The position numbers were made by a program, and so were the translations under genes. This document shows positions 48,815-62,164 of a stretch of DNA of 64,000 bases, piece after piece. Position 1 is the first letter of the stretch. Every line of letters starts with the position of its first letter. The notes below the pieces were generated by a model that saw only the letters and a list, made by a program, of their open reading frames with translations, ran no database searches and was not told where the DNA came from. Origin of the DNA: Mobula birostris (Eukaryota); assembly GCF_030028105.1 (NCBI RefSeq), contig NC_092379.1:16004222-16068221 (forward strand). Reading direction: 5' to 3'.

Positions 48815-49375
48815 CACCCAGAGGCCACTTTATTAGGTACACCTGTATACCACCTCCTTAATGCAAATATCTAATCAGCCAATCATGTGGCAGCAACTCT
48901 TTGCATAAAAGCATGCAGACATGGTCAAGAGGTTCAGTTGTTGTTCAGACCAAACATCAGAATGGGGAAGTAATGTGATCTAAGTGACTTTGACCCTGGA
49001 ATGATTGTTGGTGCCAGACCAGAGTGGTTTGAGTATCTCAGAAACTGCTGATTTCCTAGAATGTTTATGCAAAGGGTTTACAAACAATGGTGTGAGAAAC
49101 AAAAATCATCTAGTGAGTTGCAATTCTGTGGGTGAAAATGCCTTGTTAATGAGAGAGATCGGAGGAGATTGGTGAGACTGGTTCAAGCTGATAGGAAGGT
49201 GACAGTAACTCAAATAACCATGCCTTACAACAGCAGTGTGCAGAAGAACGTTTCTGAATGCACATCACATTGAACCTTGAAGTGGATGCGTTACAGCAGC
49301 AGAAGACCACAAATGTACACTCAGTGGCCACTTTTATTAGGTACAGGTAGTGTCTAATAAAGCATCCACTGAGTA
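48815..49375 (+). mobile_element. Tc1/mariner non-autonomous element
   Basis: Same TIR family as the 34554 copy; remnant MGK*CDLSDFDPGMIVGAR; an extra internal TIR copy at 49318. Confidence 0.85.
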
Positions 49376-49833
49376 TATAATGATAGCAAACAAAACCTAC
49401 ATCATTGTATCTACACTATCAACTTTGCCAGTGACCAAAGACTTAAATATAAACACAATTACAATTACAATTGTCCTTCACAGTCAGTGAAAGAATGTCC
49501 GTGTTCCACCAGCAGGGAAACCCAATGTCGTCACTTAATTCATTTATTTCAATTCTGGTTATGGAAGCATAGTGCAAAATTTGAAGGTGGCAGATCATGA
49601 ACATAACAAGTTGCTTTCCTGTGCAGTTGTGAGGTTTGTGAGGTTTGTGAACTGAGCATTAAAAGCTACAGAACATGTAATTAATTATGTTTGCTGTTAT
49701 AGTTTATAAATGTTATAGTAATTTATGCGTTGCTTAGTTTCATTCGAAGTACAATATTCCTTAAAGTTGATTTTCTTTATTATCCTCAGAGGAACTAGCC
49801 TGCTTGCTGACTTGTTTAATTGATTCCACTCAG

Positions 49834-49928
49834 GAATGCGAGGTTCTACTCCGTTGGACGTTGCGGCCGCCTCATGCATTGACAACAACGAACTTGCCCT
49901 CGCCCTGCGGGAACCAGATTTGGAAAAG
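49834..49928 (+). CDS. RYR1: RYR1-like internal exon (equivalent to exon 42)
   Basis: actcag|GA acceptor and AAG|gtaatg donor; 95 nt. G+GA = Gly, then [31 protein letters not shown]. It lacks the ASP(A/S) insertion of RYR2/RYR3, which supports RYR1. Confidence 0.96.
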
Positions 49929-49965
49929 GTAATGAAACTGGAATGGAACCCATGCATTTTTATCC

Positions 49966-50594
49966 AGCAACACACATCAAAGTTGCTGGTGAGCGCAGCA
50001 GGCCAGGCAGCATCTGTAGGAAGAGGTGCAGTCGACGTTTCAGGCCGAGACCCTTCGTCAGGACTAACATGGTATTTCTGTGTCTGACCAACACGTTATT
50101 GCATTTGTTACATTGATAGCTAGGAGGGCCATTTTGTTGAAGTGAAAGGATACATCAGCTCCCATTTTGTCACAATGGTTCTCTCAAGTGATGCTATGTC
50201 TTAGTTTGGAGAAAATTAGAAGTCGAACCTTTGAACCTTTATTTGATTTTGAGAAAAGATAGGGCTAATTTGCTCGTTATTATCATTTGAGCTAATTGAT
50301 AGATTTTTTCCACGATCTAATTGTAAATTTTTTGGTATATTTTCTTTTCTTGCTGGCGGTTTGATGGTTATTTTTAGAAGCTTTTTGTATGATGCATGGC
50401 TCCGGGGTTGTACAACTCCCCCCTCCCACTTTCAAATCTCTTACTAACTCTTCCTTCAGTTAGTCCTGACGAAGGGTCTCGGCCTGAAACGTCGACTGCA
50501 CCTCTTCCTACAGATGCTGCCTGGCCTGCTGCGTTCACCAGCAACTTTGATGTGTGTTGCTTGAATTTCCAGCATCTGCAGAATTCCTGTTGTT
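49966..50594 (+). mobile_element. Young fold-back Penelope insertion carrying an L1 fragment
   Basis: 13-bp TSD TGCATTTTTATCC (49953-49965, 50595-50607); 103-bp inverted arms 49966-50068 / 50459-50561 (102/103 identical). Confidence 0.9.
50462..50497 (+). ncRNA. Minimal hammerhead ribozyme motif, sense to RYR1 pre-mRNA (mirror copy at 50030-50065 on the minus strand)
   Basis: AGTC-CTGACGA-AGGGTCTCGGCCT-GAAA-CGTC-GACT; core intact, GUC triplet ending at 50493. Confidence 0.75.
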
Positions 50595-52417
50595 TGCATT
50601 TTTATCCGGTATCAGTTACTGAAGTTAAACCTCACAAAGTTGTAGAAGGAAATAAAAATAATGAATAGTTCTACATGGGATTCCATCCTATAAATTATAA
50701 ATGGCAAGGAATTTGACTCTAGGTTTTTGGTGCGTTTATTTGTTTGTTTATTTATTTACTTATTATTCTCTTTTTTTTGTATTTGTTCAGACTCTCTTAT
50801 TTTGTTCTTTGATTGTCAGTCTTTGTGTGTAGTTTTTTACTGATTCTGTTGTATTTCTATGTTCTACTGTGAACGCCTGCAAGAAAATGAATTTCAGGAT
50901 AGTATAAATTTACTTTTGATTTGAACTTTGAAATTTGCTGTGTTTAACACAATGCCAAATCCAAAATCTACTGTTTTTTGCATTAAAACTGACACAATAT
51001 ATGAACAGGATAATATCACTTTTCATTGAAGAAAGTAACTCTTCCCCACAATAGTTCATGGGCTGAAGATCAGAACGCAGCACTGTGCATGCCGCTTGTT
51101 CCCCGTGTTATTAATTTGCTGCTTTTCATCAAGAAGGACCAATGTTCTCTCTGCAATATCTGGCATTAAGTGTTACACCCTGGTGTATATAACAATAAAC
51201 TTATCTGAATCTGAAGTAAATGGATCAGGTGTTCTCAGTTTTGAAGAGAAAGGAAGCGTATTTAAGAGGACAAGTCATACTTTTGGAACAGGCAGGCTTA
51301 GTTTTCTCTGGCTGAAGTGATCAGAAAAAATAATCTGTGTGCAGTTGTCTTATAGTGAGCCCTTTTTAGCGGACAGATGTTGTCTTTTACGTACACACAA
51401 AATTATTGGAAGCTAGAAGCAAGGGTAGGACATGTGGTTCTGCTGCTTAATGTGATCATAAGACTTATGCCTTTTTATCATGAGCTGATCCATTCTCCCA
51501 TTTAGTCCCACTCAGGTCATGACTGATCTACCCCAGACCTCAACTCTTGCTCTGTGCCAGATTCCAATAGGCCTGAACTCCTTATTTTTTCAAAAATGTA
51601 TCTACCTCCACTTTAAGTATATCTATGATCTAGCCCCCACAACCCTGTGGGTGGAGGGTGGAATTTTCAGAGATTCATTGCCCTCTGTGTTAAGTTTCTT
51701 CATGCTTCAGTTTCAAATAACTAGCCCCTTATCTTGAAACTGTGTTTCCTTGCTCAAAGCAGATTGATATCAGTCCTGTTATGTCCCCTCAAAGTCCCAT
51801 GTGCTTCAGGTTGTGCCTGGGTTTAGTACATGTCATCTGACCTGCAGAGGAATTTGGAATGGGAGGGAAAAGATCCAGTTCTGTGGTCCATTTGGGTATC
51901 AATTATGTAGATAAACAAGCAAAGAGGTTCTGCTGAGAGAATTATGAGCAGCTAGGGACTAAATTAAAAAGCAATAATGAAAAAACAATAATCTCTGGAT
52001 TACTACCTGAACCACATGCAAATTGGCAGTGTCAATAAGATTGCTTCATTGGCGGGCTACAATCAGTACAAGAGGTCGTTTATTGGTGACACAGCACATG
52101 GTTTAAAAAGAGCTCCGGTGCTTTTGGCTCTGGGCCAATAAAAAGAAAGGCTGTATAGGTGGAGTGGCTATTGTTGGAGCGGGCCATATTAGAGTGGTCA
52201 AGCTTTGGCTCAACAGGCTTGACCAAGAACAGATGCAGGGTCTAAGTAAGTAAATAAGGAAGTTTCTAGCAAGCTTTTTCCTTCTGCTAGTACATAGCTA
52301 GTGCGTAAGAATAGATCCAGGAGTATTGGTATGTTCTTTGTGTGAGACAGGGAACTCTTGGAGACCTTGTCTCCCTGATAACTATACCTGAGGTACATCA
52401 AGCTGCTGCTCCTTATT

Positions 52418-55015
52418 AATCAGAATCAGAATTACTTTATTGTGAGTACTGTATATGAAACATACCAGAATTGATTGTGGTTCGGTGCCAAGCATAAAAC
52501 AGAAGACAATACCATTACAGACAACACAATAGCAACCAATGATTCACAAGATAATAGTGCAAACAGCCCTGAGCAATCGACAATTAGCATAATGGTCACA
52601 TGCGCAAATGTCAATAATCAAACTTAAATAAATGTGAACATATGAACAGACTATAAGTAATTATCAACAGAACAAGGAGAGATGGAAAGACCCTTTAACA
52701 GATATTGTGAAGGGATATTTAGGGCATTACACCTGAGTGAGATTTATTGAGAAAATGGATAACTACAGGGAAGAAACTTTGGAAATGATGTGTAGTGCCG
52801 GTGGTGATGGACTTGTAGTGTCTCCCTAATGGCAATTTGGTGACTGCTAGGGTGGGTGGAGTCAGCAGTAATTTTTCAAGCTCTTTTCTTCACTCTGGTG
52901 ATGAACAGGCCTTTTAATGTTGGTAGCTGACAGCTAATGATCTTCTTCAATGAGTGGACACTCTCTGGAACCTGGACTTGAAGAGAGTGGCAGCAAAAGG
53001 AAACTGAACGGTGATAGAGATGGTCACAACACTCAATTCTGGCTGAGTAAAAATTCATCAGAATATGTCCTGAGATGTTAAGTTTCCTAAGCTGGTGTAA
53101 GAAGAGCAATTTCTTCTGGGCTTTCCTGGTGTGAGCGTAAAGTGCTAGACCTGCTTCAATGTATTAGTAATGGTAGACCCAGGAATTTGAATGACTCAAC
53201 CACAGACACAGTCTGACTATTAATTTCCGGGGGGGTGGGGGTGCAGGTAGGGTATTGTTGGTGAAAGTCAATCCTCATTTCCACTGTCTTGATAGCATTA
53301 AGCTCTAAGTTGTTACGAACACACCATGCTCCCTTTGGAAGCAGGTCACATCATTATTAGAGATGAGATGAGACTAACTGCACTCGTGTCATCCACAAAC
53401 TTTAGGATTTTAATGGATTTGTCTGTGGAGGTACTGTCACTTGTATAAAGTGAAAGGACACAGCCCTGGGGAGAGCCTGTGCTTATAAGACATTGGATCG
53501 AACAAGTAGGAGCCCAGCCTTATATACTGTTTCCTCCTGTCAGGAAGTTGGTAATCCATTGACAGATACTGTAAGTTACAGCTAGTTGGGGTAGCTTGCT
53601 GTGGAGCAAATCCAGAACAATAGTTTTGAAGCCAGAGCTAAAATTCACAAACAAGATCATCGGCTAGTTCTTGGAGAGTTCAAAGGTTAAAGACTGTAAT
53701 GAAGGCACAAGTTAACTGTTTAAAAAAAAATTGTATCCTCAACTGAGAGATTTGCTCTATAAGCAAGCTATAGCAGGTCAAGAAGAGGATCAGTGACAGA
53801 ATTAAGGTAGGTCATCAACAGACAAAGGTTTTCATACTACTAAAGTCAGAGTGACTGGCCTATAATCATTAAGTCCAGTGATCTTGCCTTTCTTGGGAAC
53901 TGGAATGACTGTAGCAACTTTAAAACAGTCCAGAACCCTGCATAATTGCAGGAAATTATTAAATATCTCGGTGACGAGTGCTAGCTACTCCACATAGTGC
54001 CTTAGAAACACCATCAGGGCCTGCAGCTTTCCTAATGTTGTGTTTTCCAAACAGTTTGCAAACGTCTTCTTGATTCACAGGAAGTATAGGGTGGGGTGGA
54101 AGGAGGGGTAAGAGGGGGAGGAGGCTGAAGAAAGGGAATGCGGCTGGGGTGAAGGGGGGATAGTGATATTGGAGTGGTTGTGAAAGGAAGGTGGTAGGTG
54201 CTCAGCATATCACGGTCAGAGGAAGTGAGAAGAGATGCTGATTGTCTTTATCAAACTAGCAATAAAATTGATTGAGCTCATTGGCCAAGGTGGGGGGGTG
54301 GGGGGAGAGACTTGGTACCAGTTCTGTTTGAAGTTGGTAAGACTTTGCAGGGAACTCCAGACTGCCTGGCCATTGTTGTTGAAGTCTCTTTCTAGCCAAT
54401 CCTTGTAAGTGGCTTTGCCATTTTGCAGAGCTTCATTGACTTGCCATTTTGCAGAGCTTTATTCCTCTCAGTTTCCAGACCTGTAGGCATGATCCTTTGC
54501 AGATCTGAGAGTGCTCAACTCCTTGGTGTCGTTGTTAAACCTCACAGTGATCTTTTTAGGAAGACACATATCTTCACAGAAACATATGTACGATGTTACA
54601 CTGTCAGCATATTCATCTAAACTGCTACACCAGCCTTCCATGGCTTTCCAATCCGTGCAGCCTAAGCAACATTCCAATAGCCTTAGGAGTCCATCGATGC
54701 CTGGTGGTCCTGGTTGGTTTAGACGGTTTCAATTTGCGTTTATAGCTGGGAACAAGCATGATCAGAATTGCCAAGGGGTGCCTGGGAAAAATGGCGGAAT
54801 GCTCTTTAATGTTGGTGTAGAAGTGGTCCAAAGTTCTGTCTTCACGTGCAGGGCAGCTAATGCATATGGTGGTATTTGGGCAGATCTTGTTTCATGTTGC
54901 AATGGTTAAAGTCCCCCATAATGAAAATGACAGTATTGGGAAATTTATTTTCCAAATCATAAACGTTATTGACCAACAGCCGTCGTGCAGGTTGAGCGTT
55001 CACGTGAGGGAGACT
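52418..55015 (-). mobile_element. Rex1/Babar LINE (APE end plus RT), decayed
   Basis: Minus-strand DHFYTNIK, CLGCTDW, GSPQGCVLS and KFVDDT motifs; (GATTCT)n tail at about 52420. Confidence 0.8.
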
Positions 55016-57311
55016 GTAAATACCAAATAGTTAAGGAACTGGAGATGCAGCTGAACGACCTTCGGCTTATACTGGAAAATGAGGAGGTGATAGATAGGAA
55101 CTACAGGGATGTAGTCACCCTTAAGTTGCAGGAGAAAGGTACCCAGGTGACTGTCAGGAGAGGGGAAGGGAATAGGCAGCCAGTGCAGAGTTCCTCTGTG
55201 GCCATACTCCTCAATAATAAGTTTACAGCATTGGATACTGTTGTGGGGGGTGGGAATGACCTACCAGGGGAAACAGCAGTGACCAGGTCTCTGGCACTGA
55301 GTCTGCCTCTGTGGCTCAGAAGGGAAGGAAGGCAAGAAGAGTGCAGTAGTGATAGGGGATTCCATAATTATAGGAGCAGAAAGCAAGTTCTGTGGACGTG
55401 GAAGACACACCCAGATGGTATGTTGCCTCTAAGGTGTCAAGGTCAGGGATATCTCAGATAGGGTCCATGACATTCTAAAGGGCAAGGGTGAACAACTGGT
55501 TCTGACGACATAGGTAGGAAAAAGGAGGAGATTCTGAAAAGAGATATAGGAAGTTAGGCAGAAAGCTGAAAAACAGGTCCCCCTGAGTAGTAATCTCTAT
55601 ATTGCTGTCTGTGCCACACACCATTGAGGATAAGAATAAGACTGGACAGATGAATGTGTGGCCTAAGAATTGGTACAGGGGGCAGGGTTTCATTGGAATT
55701 TCTCCTAGGGTAGGTATGACCTGTACAAAAAGATGAGTTGCACTTCATCCCAAGGGGAACCAATGTCCTTGTGCGCAGGTTTGCTAGAGCTGAAGGGGAG
55801 GGTTTAAACTAATTTGGCAGGACAATGGGAACCAGAGTTTTAGGGCTGAGGATGAGGCAGATGGTATACAACTGGATGCAATGTGTAGTGAGACTATGAG
55901 GGAAGGCAGGCAGATGATAGGACAAAATTACAGTCAGTGGGATGAGTTAAAGTGTAACTGGGGGCCAAAATCAAAAAGGGCAATAAATACACAACTGAAA
56001 GTGTTATATTAAAATGCATGCAGTATACAGTATAAGGTAGATGATCTTGTCACGCAGTTGGAAATTGGCAGGTATAATGTTGTGGGCATCACTGAGTCAG
56101 AGCTGAACGAGATCATCGTTGGGAGCTTAACATCCAAGATTACACATTGTTTTGAAAGGACAGGCAGTTAGACAGAGAGGTGGGGTAACGCTGTTGGTAA
56201 AAATGAAATCAAATCCTTAGAAAGAGGTGATATAGGACAGGAAAACGTAGAATTTTTGTGGGTAGAGTTAAAAACTGCAGGTGAAAAAAGCCCTGACAGA
56301 TGTTATATACAGGCCTCGAAACAGTAGCCAGGATTTGGGCTGCAAATTACAATGGAAAATAGAAGAAGCATGTAAAAAGGACAATTTTGTGATAACCATG
56401 GGGGATTTCAATGTGCAGATCGATTGGAAAAATCAGGTTCATGCCGTACCTCAAGAGAGGGAATTTGTAGAACGCCTATAACATGGCTTGTGGTTGAGCT
56501 CGCTAGGGGAATGGCAATTCTCCATTGGATGTTAGGTAATGACTCAGATATGATTAGGGAGCTTAAGTTAAAGGAACCCTTAGGAAGCAGTGATCAGAAT
56601 ATGATAGAATTCACCCTGCAGTTTGAAAAGGAGAAGATAAAATCAGATATATCAGCATTACAGTGGTGTAAAGGGAAGTGCAGAGGCATGAGAGAGGAGC
56701 TGGCCAAAGTTGATTGGAAAAGGATACTAGCAGAACAGCAAGGGCTGGCGTTTCTGGGGGGAAATTGGAAGCCACAGGAAAGATACAGCCCGAAGGTGAA
56801 GAAGTAGTCTAAAGGGAGGATGAGGCAACATTGGCTGACATGGGAAGTTAAAGACAGCATAAAACCAAAAAAAAAAGGCAGACTATGGATAGTGTAGTAG
56901 TTAGCTCAATGCTTTGCAGTCCCAGCAGTGGCTGACTTTAAGGAGTTTGTATGTCCTCCCTGTAACCGTGTGGGTTGCCTCTGGGTGTTTTATTTTCCTC
57001 TCACAGTCCAAAGCCGTACCAGTTGGTGGGTTAATTGGTCATTGTAAATTGTCCTGCAATTAGGCTAAGGTTAAATCGGGGGGGGGGGGGGGGCGGGGGG
57101 TTGCAGCATGGTACAGCTGGGAGGACCCAAATAAATAAATAGATAAATCAAAATAAAACAAAACATAATATTGCAAAAATTAGTGGGAAGTTAGAGGATT
57201 GGGAAGCTTTTTAAAAACCAACAGAAGGCAACTGAAAAAGCCATAAAGAGAGAAGAGATGAAATATGAAGATAAGCTGCCAATAATATAAAGAGAATATT
57301 GGAAGTTTTTC

Positions 57312-58445
57312 AGAATCAGAATGAGAATCAGGTTTATTATGACCGGCATGTAACGTGAAATTTGTTAACTTAGCACCGGCAGTTCAATGCAGTACATAAT
57401 CTAGCAGAGAGAGGGAAAAATAATAAAATAAAACAAAATAAATAAACAAGTAAATCAATTACGTCTATTGAATAGATTATTTGAAAATGTGCAAAAACAG
57501 AAATACTGTATATTAAAAAAGTGAGGTAGTGTCCAAAGCTTCAAAGGACATTTAGGAATCAGATGACAGAGGGGAAGAAGCTGATCCTGAATTACTGAGT
57601 GTGTGCCTTCAGTCTTCTGTATCTCCCACCTAATGGTAACAGTGAGTAAAGGGCATGTCCTGGGTGCTGGAGGTCCTTAATAATGGACGCTGCCTTTGTG
57701 AGACACCGCTCCCTAAAGATGTCCAGGGTACTTTGTAAGCTAGTGCCCAAGATGGAGCTGACTAGATTTGCAACCTTCTGCAGCTTCTTTCAGTCCTGTG
57801 CAGTAGTCCCTCCATACCAGACAGTGATGCAGCCTGTCAGAATGCTCTCCACGGTACAACTATAGAAGTTTTTGAGTGTATTTGTTGACATGCTAAATCG
57901 CTTCAAACTCCTAATAAAATATAGTTGCTGTCTTGCCTTCTTTATGACTACATCAATATGTTGAGACCAGTTTAGATCCTCAGAGATCTTGACACCCAGG
58001 AACTTGAAGCTGCTCACTCTCTCCACTTCTGATCCCTCTGTGATGATTAGTATGTGTTCCTTCATCTTACCCTTCCTGAAGTCCACAATCAGCTCTTTCA
58101 TCTTACTGTTGCAGAGTGGCAGGTTGTTGCTGCGGCACCATTCCACTAGTTGGCATATCTCACTCCTGTACGCCCTCCCATCACCACCTGAGATTCCACC
58201 AAGAATGGTTATATCACCAGAAAATTTGTAGATGGTATTTGAGCTATGCCTAGCCACACAATCATGTGTATACAGAGAGTAGAGCAGTGGGCTAAGCACA
58301 CAACCCTGAGGTGCGCCAGTGTTGATCGTCAGCGAAGAGGATATGTTATCACCAATCCGCACAGACTGTGGTCTTCTGGTTAGGAAGTCGAGGATCCAAT
58401 TGCAGAGGGAGGTACAGAGGCCCAGGTTCTGCAACTTCATTAATA
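57312..58445 (-). mobile_element. Young Rex1/Babar LINE 3' fragment
   Basis: Long open RT frame [19 protein letters not shown]...[21 protein letters not shown]...KELIVDFRK; the catalytic FADD is mutated to FSGD. Confidence 0.9.
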
Positions 58446-60169
58446 AGGAGTAAAAGAGAGATGAGAATGGAATTGGAATGCTGGATAGGTAGTAATGGGA
58501 GAACAAAGAAATGGCAGACAAACTTAATAAGTTTTTGCATCAGTCTTCACAGTGGAAGACACTAGCAGAATGCCAGAGATGCAAAGTGTCAGGGGGCAGA
58601 AATGTGTGTCATTGCTTTACTTAGGAGAAAGTGCACGGGGTGCTGAAAAATCTGAAGGTAGGTGAGTCAGCTGGACCAGATGAACTACACCCCAGGCCTC
58701 TGAAAGAGGTATCTGAAGAGATTGTGAAGGTATTACTAATAATCCTTCAAGAATCACTAGATTTTGGAACGGTGCCAGAGGACTGGAAAATTACAAATGT
58801 AGCAGTGTTTAAGAAAGGAGGGTGGCAGAAGAAATTAAATTATAAGCCAGTTAGCTTGACTTCAGTGGTTGAGAAGATGTTAGAATCTGCTATTAAGGAT
58901 GAGGTTTCAGGGTACTTGGAAGCACATGATAAAATAGGACAAAGTCAGCATGGTTTTCTAAAGGAGATATCTTCCTTGAAAATGCATTGGAATTCTTTCA
59001 GGAAATAACAGACGGGATAGAAAAAAAGAGATTCGGTGGATGTTGTTTATTTGGATTTCCAGAAGGCCTTTGACAAGGTGCTGCACCTGAAGCTGCTTAA
59101 CAAGAAAGCTACTAGCATGAATAAAAGATTGGCTGACTGGCAGGAGGCGAAGAGTGGAAGTAAAGGGGACCTTTTCTGGTTGGCTGCTGCTGACTCGTAG
59201 TGTTCCACAAGAGTCTGTGTTGGGACCGCTTCTTTTCACGTTATATGTCAATGATTTGGATGAAGGAATCGATGGCTTTTTGACCAATTTTATGGAGGAT
59301 GCGAAGATAGGTGGAGGGACAGGTTGTGCTGAGGAAGCAGAGTGTCTGCAGAAGGGCTTAGGCAAGAATGGGAAAAGAAGTGGCAGATGGAACATAATGC
59401 AGGGAAGTGTGTGGACTTGCGCTTTGGCAGAAGGATTAAAGGCATGGACAATTTTCCAAATGGGGAGAAAATTTAAAAAGCAGAGTTGCAAAGGGACTTC
59501 TGATTCCCAAAAGGTTAACTTGCAGGTTGAGTCAATGGTGAGAAAGGGAAATGCAATGGTAGCTTTCATTTTGAAAAGACTAGAATATAAGAGCAGGGAT
59601 GTGATGCTGAGGTTTTAGAGGGCATTGGTCAGAGCACACTATTTTGAGCAGATTTGGGTTGCTTTCCTAAGAAAATATGTGCTGGCATTGGAGAGGGTCC
59701 AGAGGAGGTTCACGAGAATGATCCCAAGAATGAAAGGGGTAACATATGAGGAGCATTTGGTAGCTCTTGGCCTGTAGTTGCTGCAGTTTAGAAGAATGAA
59801 GGGAATCTCATTGAAACTTATTAAATATTGAAAGGCCTAGATAGAGTGGATGTGGGGAGGATGTTTCTTATCGTGGGAGAGTCTTGGAACAGAGGGCACA
59901 GCCTCAAAATTGAGGGACATCCATTAGAACAGAGACATGGAAAAATTTCTTTAGCCACAGGCAGTAAATCTGTGGAATTCATTGCCACAGACAGCCGTGC
60001 AGGGCAAGTCATTGACTATATTTAAAGTGGAAGTTGATAGGTTCTCGATTATTCAGGGCAGGAAACGTTACGGGGAGAATTACATAACTCGGGCTTTGGA
60101 TAAAGCTTTAAACTATTCGGGGTATAGGGTGGGTTCAGCAGTTTGGAAAAGTACGGATAAAGTGAAAGG

Positions 60170-61040
60170 GAATGCGCATAAAAGAGTACTGAAGTTTCCA
60201 GGATAATAAATAAGACTGAAGTTCATAAAGGAATTTAACTTTAGGCAACATGGAGACAAATTTTAAAAGAAGGGTGGAGAATACAGCACTGAAGGTGTTA
60301 TATTTGAAGGTACACAGTATACAAAACAAGGTAGATGAGCTTATAGTGCAGTTAGAAATTGGCAGGTACAATGTTGTGGGGCATCACAGGGTAGTGACTG
60401 AAAGCAGATCACATTTGGGAGCTAGACATCTTATTGAAAAGAAAGTCAGGTGGGCAAAGGAAGTGGGGTGACTTGTTGAAAAAAGATTGAATCAAATCTT
60501 CAGCAAGACGTAGCAGAGGATCAGAATATGATGAATCCTGTGGGTAAAGTTAAAGACCTGGTCGGAGTTGTATATAGACCTCTGATAGTAGCTAGGAGGT
60601 TGGGTACAAATTACAACAGGAGATGGAAAAAGCATGTAAGAAAGACAGTGTTACAGTGGTCATGGTGGACTTCAATATGCAGATAGACTGGGAGATTCTG
60701 GATGGAACTGGATCCTAAGTGAAGGATTTTGTAGAATGCCTACAAAATGACTTTTTAAAGCAGCTTGTGCTTGAGCCCACTACAGATAAGACAACTCTGG
60801 ATTTAGTGTTGTGCAACGAACCAGATGTATTTTGGGTGTTTAAGGTAAAGGAACCCATAGGAGGCAGTGATTAAAATATTATAGAATTCACTCTGCAGTT
60901 TCAGAGGGAATAGCTAAATTTGGATGGATTGGTCAGAGGCATGAGAAAGGAATTGGCCAAAGTTGATTGGAAGGGGACCCTAGCAGCAATGGGAAGAGTT
61001 TCTGGGACTAATTTGGAAGATCATATCATCCCAAAGAAGA
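60170..61040 (+). mobile_element. CR1 ORF2 endonuclease fragment
   Basis: Peptides LKVLYLKVHSIQNKVDEL and VMVDFNMQIDW. Ends about 30 nt before the RYR1 acceptor at 61069. Confidence 0.8.
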
Positions 61041-61069
61041 ATAATTTTTCCACTTATTTCCAATATTAG

Positions 61070-61210
<141 letters not shown>

Positions 61211-61951
61211 TAGATCAAATTAACAAATGTAAATGAAAGTTAAATAAGCAAGTTTTAGTAATATGTTTTGTAGAATCAGGATTCATTGGGCCCCAAAGTT
61301 TGTATGTATCACAAACTTCGTTTAGTAAAGAATTGGATATAAAATATGACACTTACCAACATATGCTATATAATGCAGAAAACACCATCGCTGATTATCT
61401 CTCAATCTGTCTTGATATTTAGTTGATTGTTAGCTTGGCCTTCTCTCATTTATTCTTTTCCCTTAGAAATCTGAGAACAGACCTTATCAATACTTATCAA
61501 AATATTTATACTAAATGCTTATCAATTTTTCATACCGGATATGACCTTGCAAGCAGAAAGGAAAGCTTACTTTGTTTCCATATAAAAGGTTAGTTTGCAA
61601 AACTATTAATAAAGAGCCAAGCCCATCAGTGGAAATACTAAGCAAATCTTCCTTATGTGAATGAATACAGAAATGTAGAAAGTAGGAAGCTGGCAAAGGC
61701 TATTTGGCTATTCGGCTGTCCAATTTTTCGGTACAGTCATGGCTAACTCAACACCATATTCCCACTCTGTGCTCAAACACCTTTTATGCCTTTCATAGGT
61801 ATCCAGAATTTTTTCTCCTTCTTAATAATATTCAGTAACTCGAGTCTCAGTTCAGCCCCTGCAGTCTGAGACTGTGACACTACATTTGAAACACCCCAGT
61901 CAGGGGAAGTATCCACCCCACATACATTATGTCAGGTTCTGTTAAGATTTT

Positions 61952-62164
61952 AAGCAACACACACACAAAATGTTGGAGGAACTCAGCAGGCCAGGCAGCA
62001 CCTATGGGAAAGAGTACAGTCGATGTTTCAGGCTGCTGAAGGGTCTTGGCCTGAAAAGTCAACGGTACACTTTTCCACAGATGCTGCCTGGCCTGCTGAG
62101 TTCCTCCAGCATTTTGTGTATGTTGCTTGGAATTCCAGCATCTGCAGATTTTCTCTTGTCTGAA
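61952..62164. mobile_element. Fold-back Penelope insertion
   Basis: Inverted pLTR arms, flanked by an AAGATTTT direct repeat. Confidence 0.75.

Larger units (their letters stand above)
52050..60075 (+). mobile_element. Near full-length decayed CR1 LINE (ORF1 esterase plus ORF2 APE/RT), interrupted by Rex1 and V-SINE insertions
   Basis: ORF1 coiled coil VKELEMQLNDLRLILENEEVIDR and SGNH-like VIGDSII; APE MGDFNVQIDW and LGSSDQNMIEF; RT PQESVLGPLLFTLYVNDLD. Confidence 0.88.

Noticed and set aside
17713-49993. Same A/G arm mismatch (GTGAGCGC vs GTGAAYGC) in two fold-back Penelope copies, as a fossil of A-to-I editing
   Set aside because: Only two cases, and in different arm types. Family polymorphism explains it equally well.
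57790-58521. 243-aa ORF as a host gene
   Set aside because: It is a Rex1 RT fragment with a mutated catalytic motif, and the frame runs into flanking CR1 sequence.
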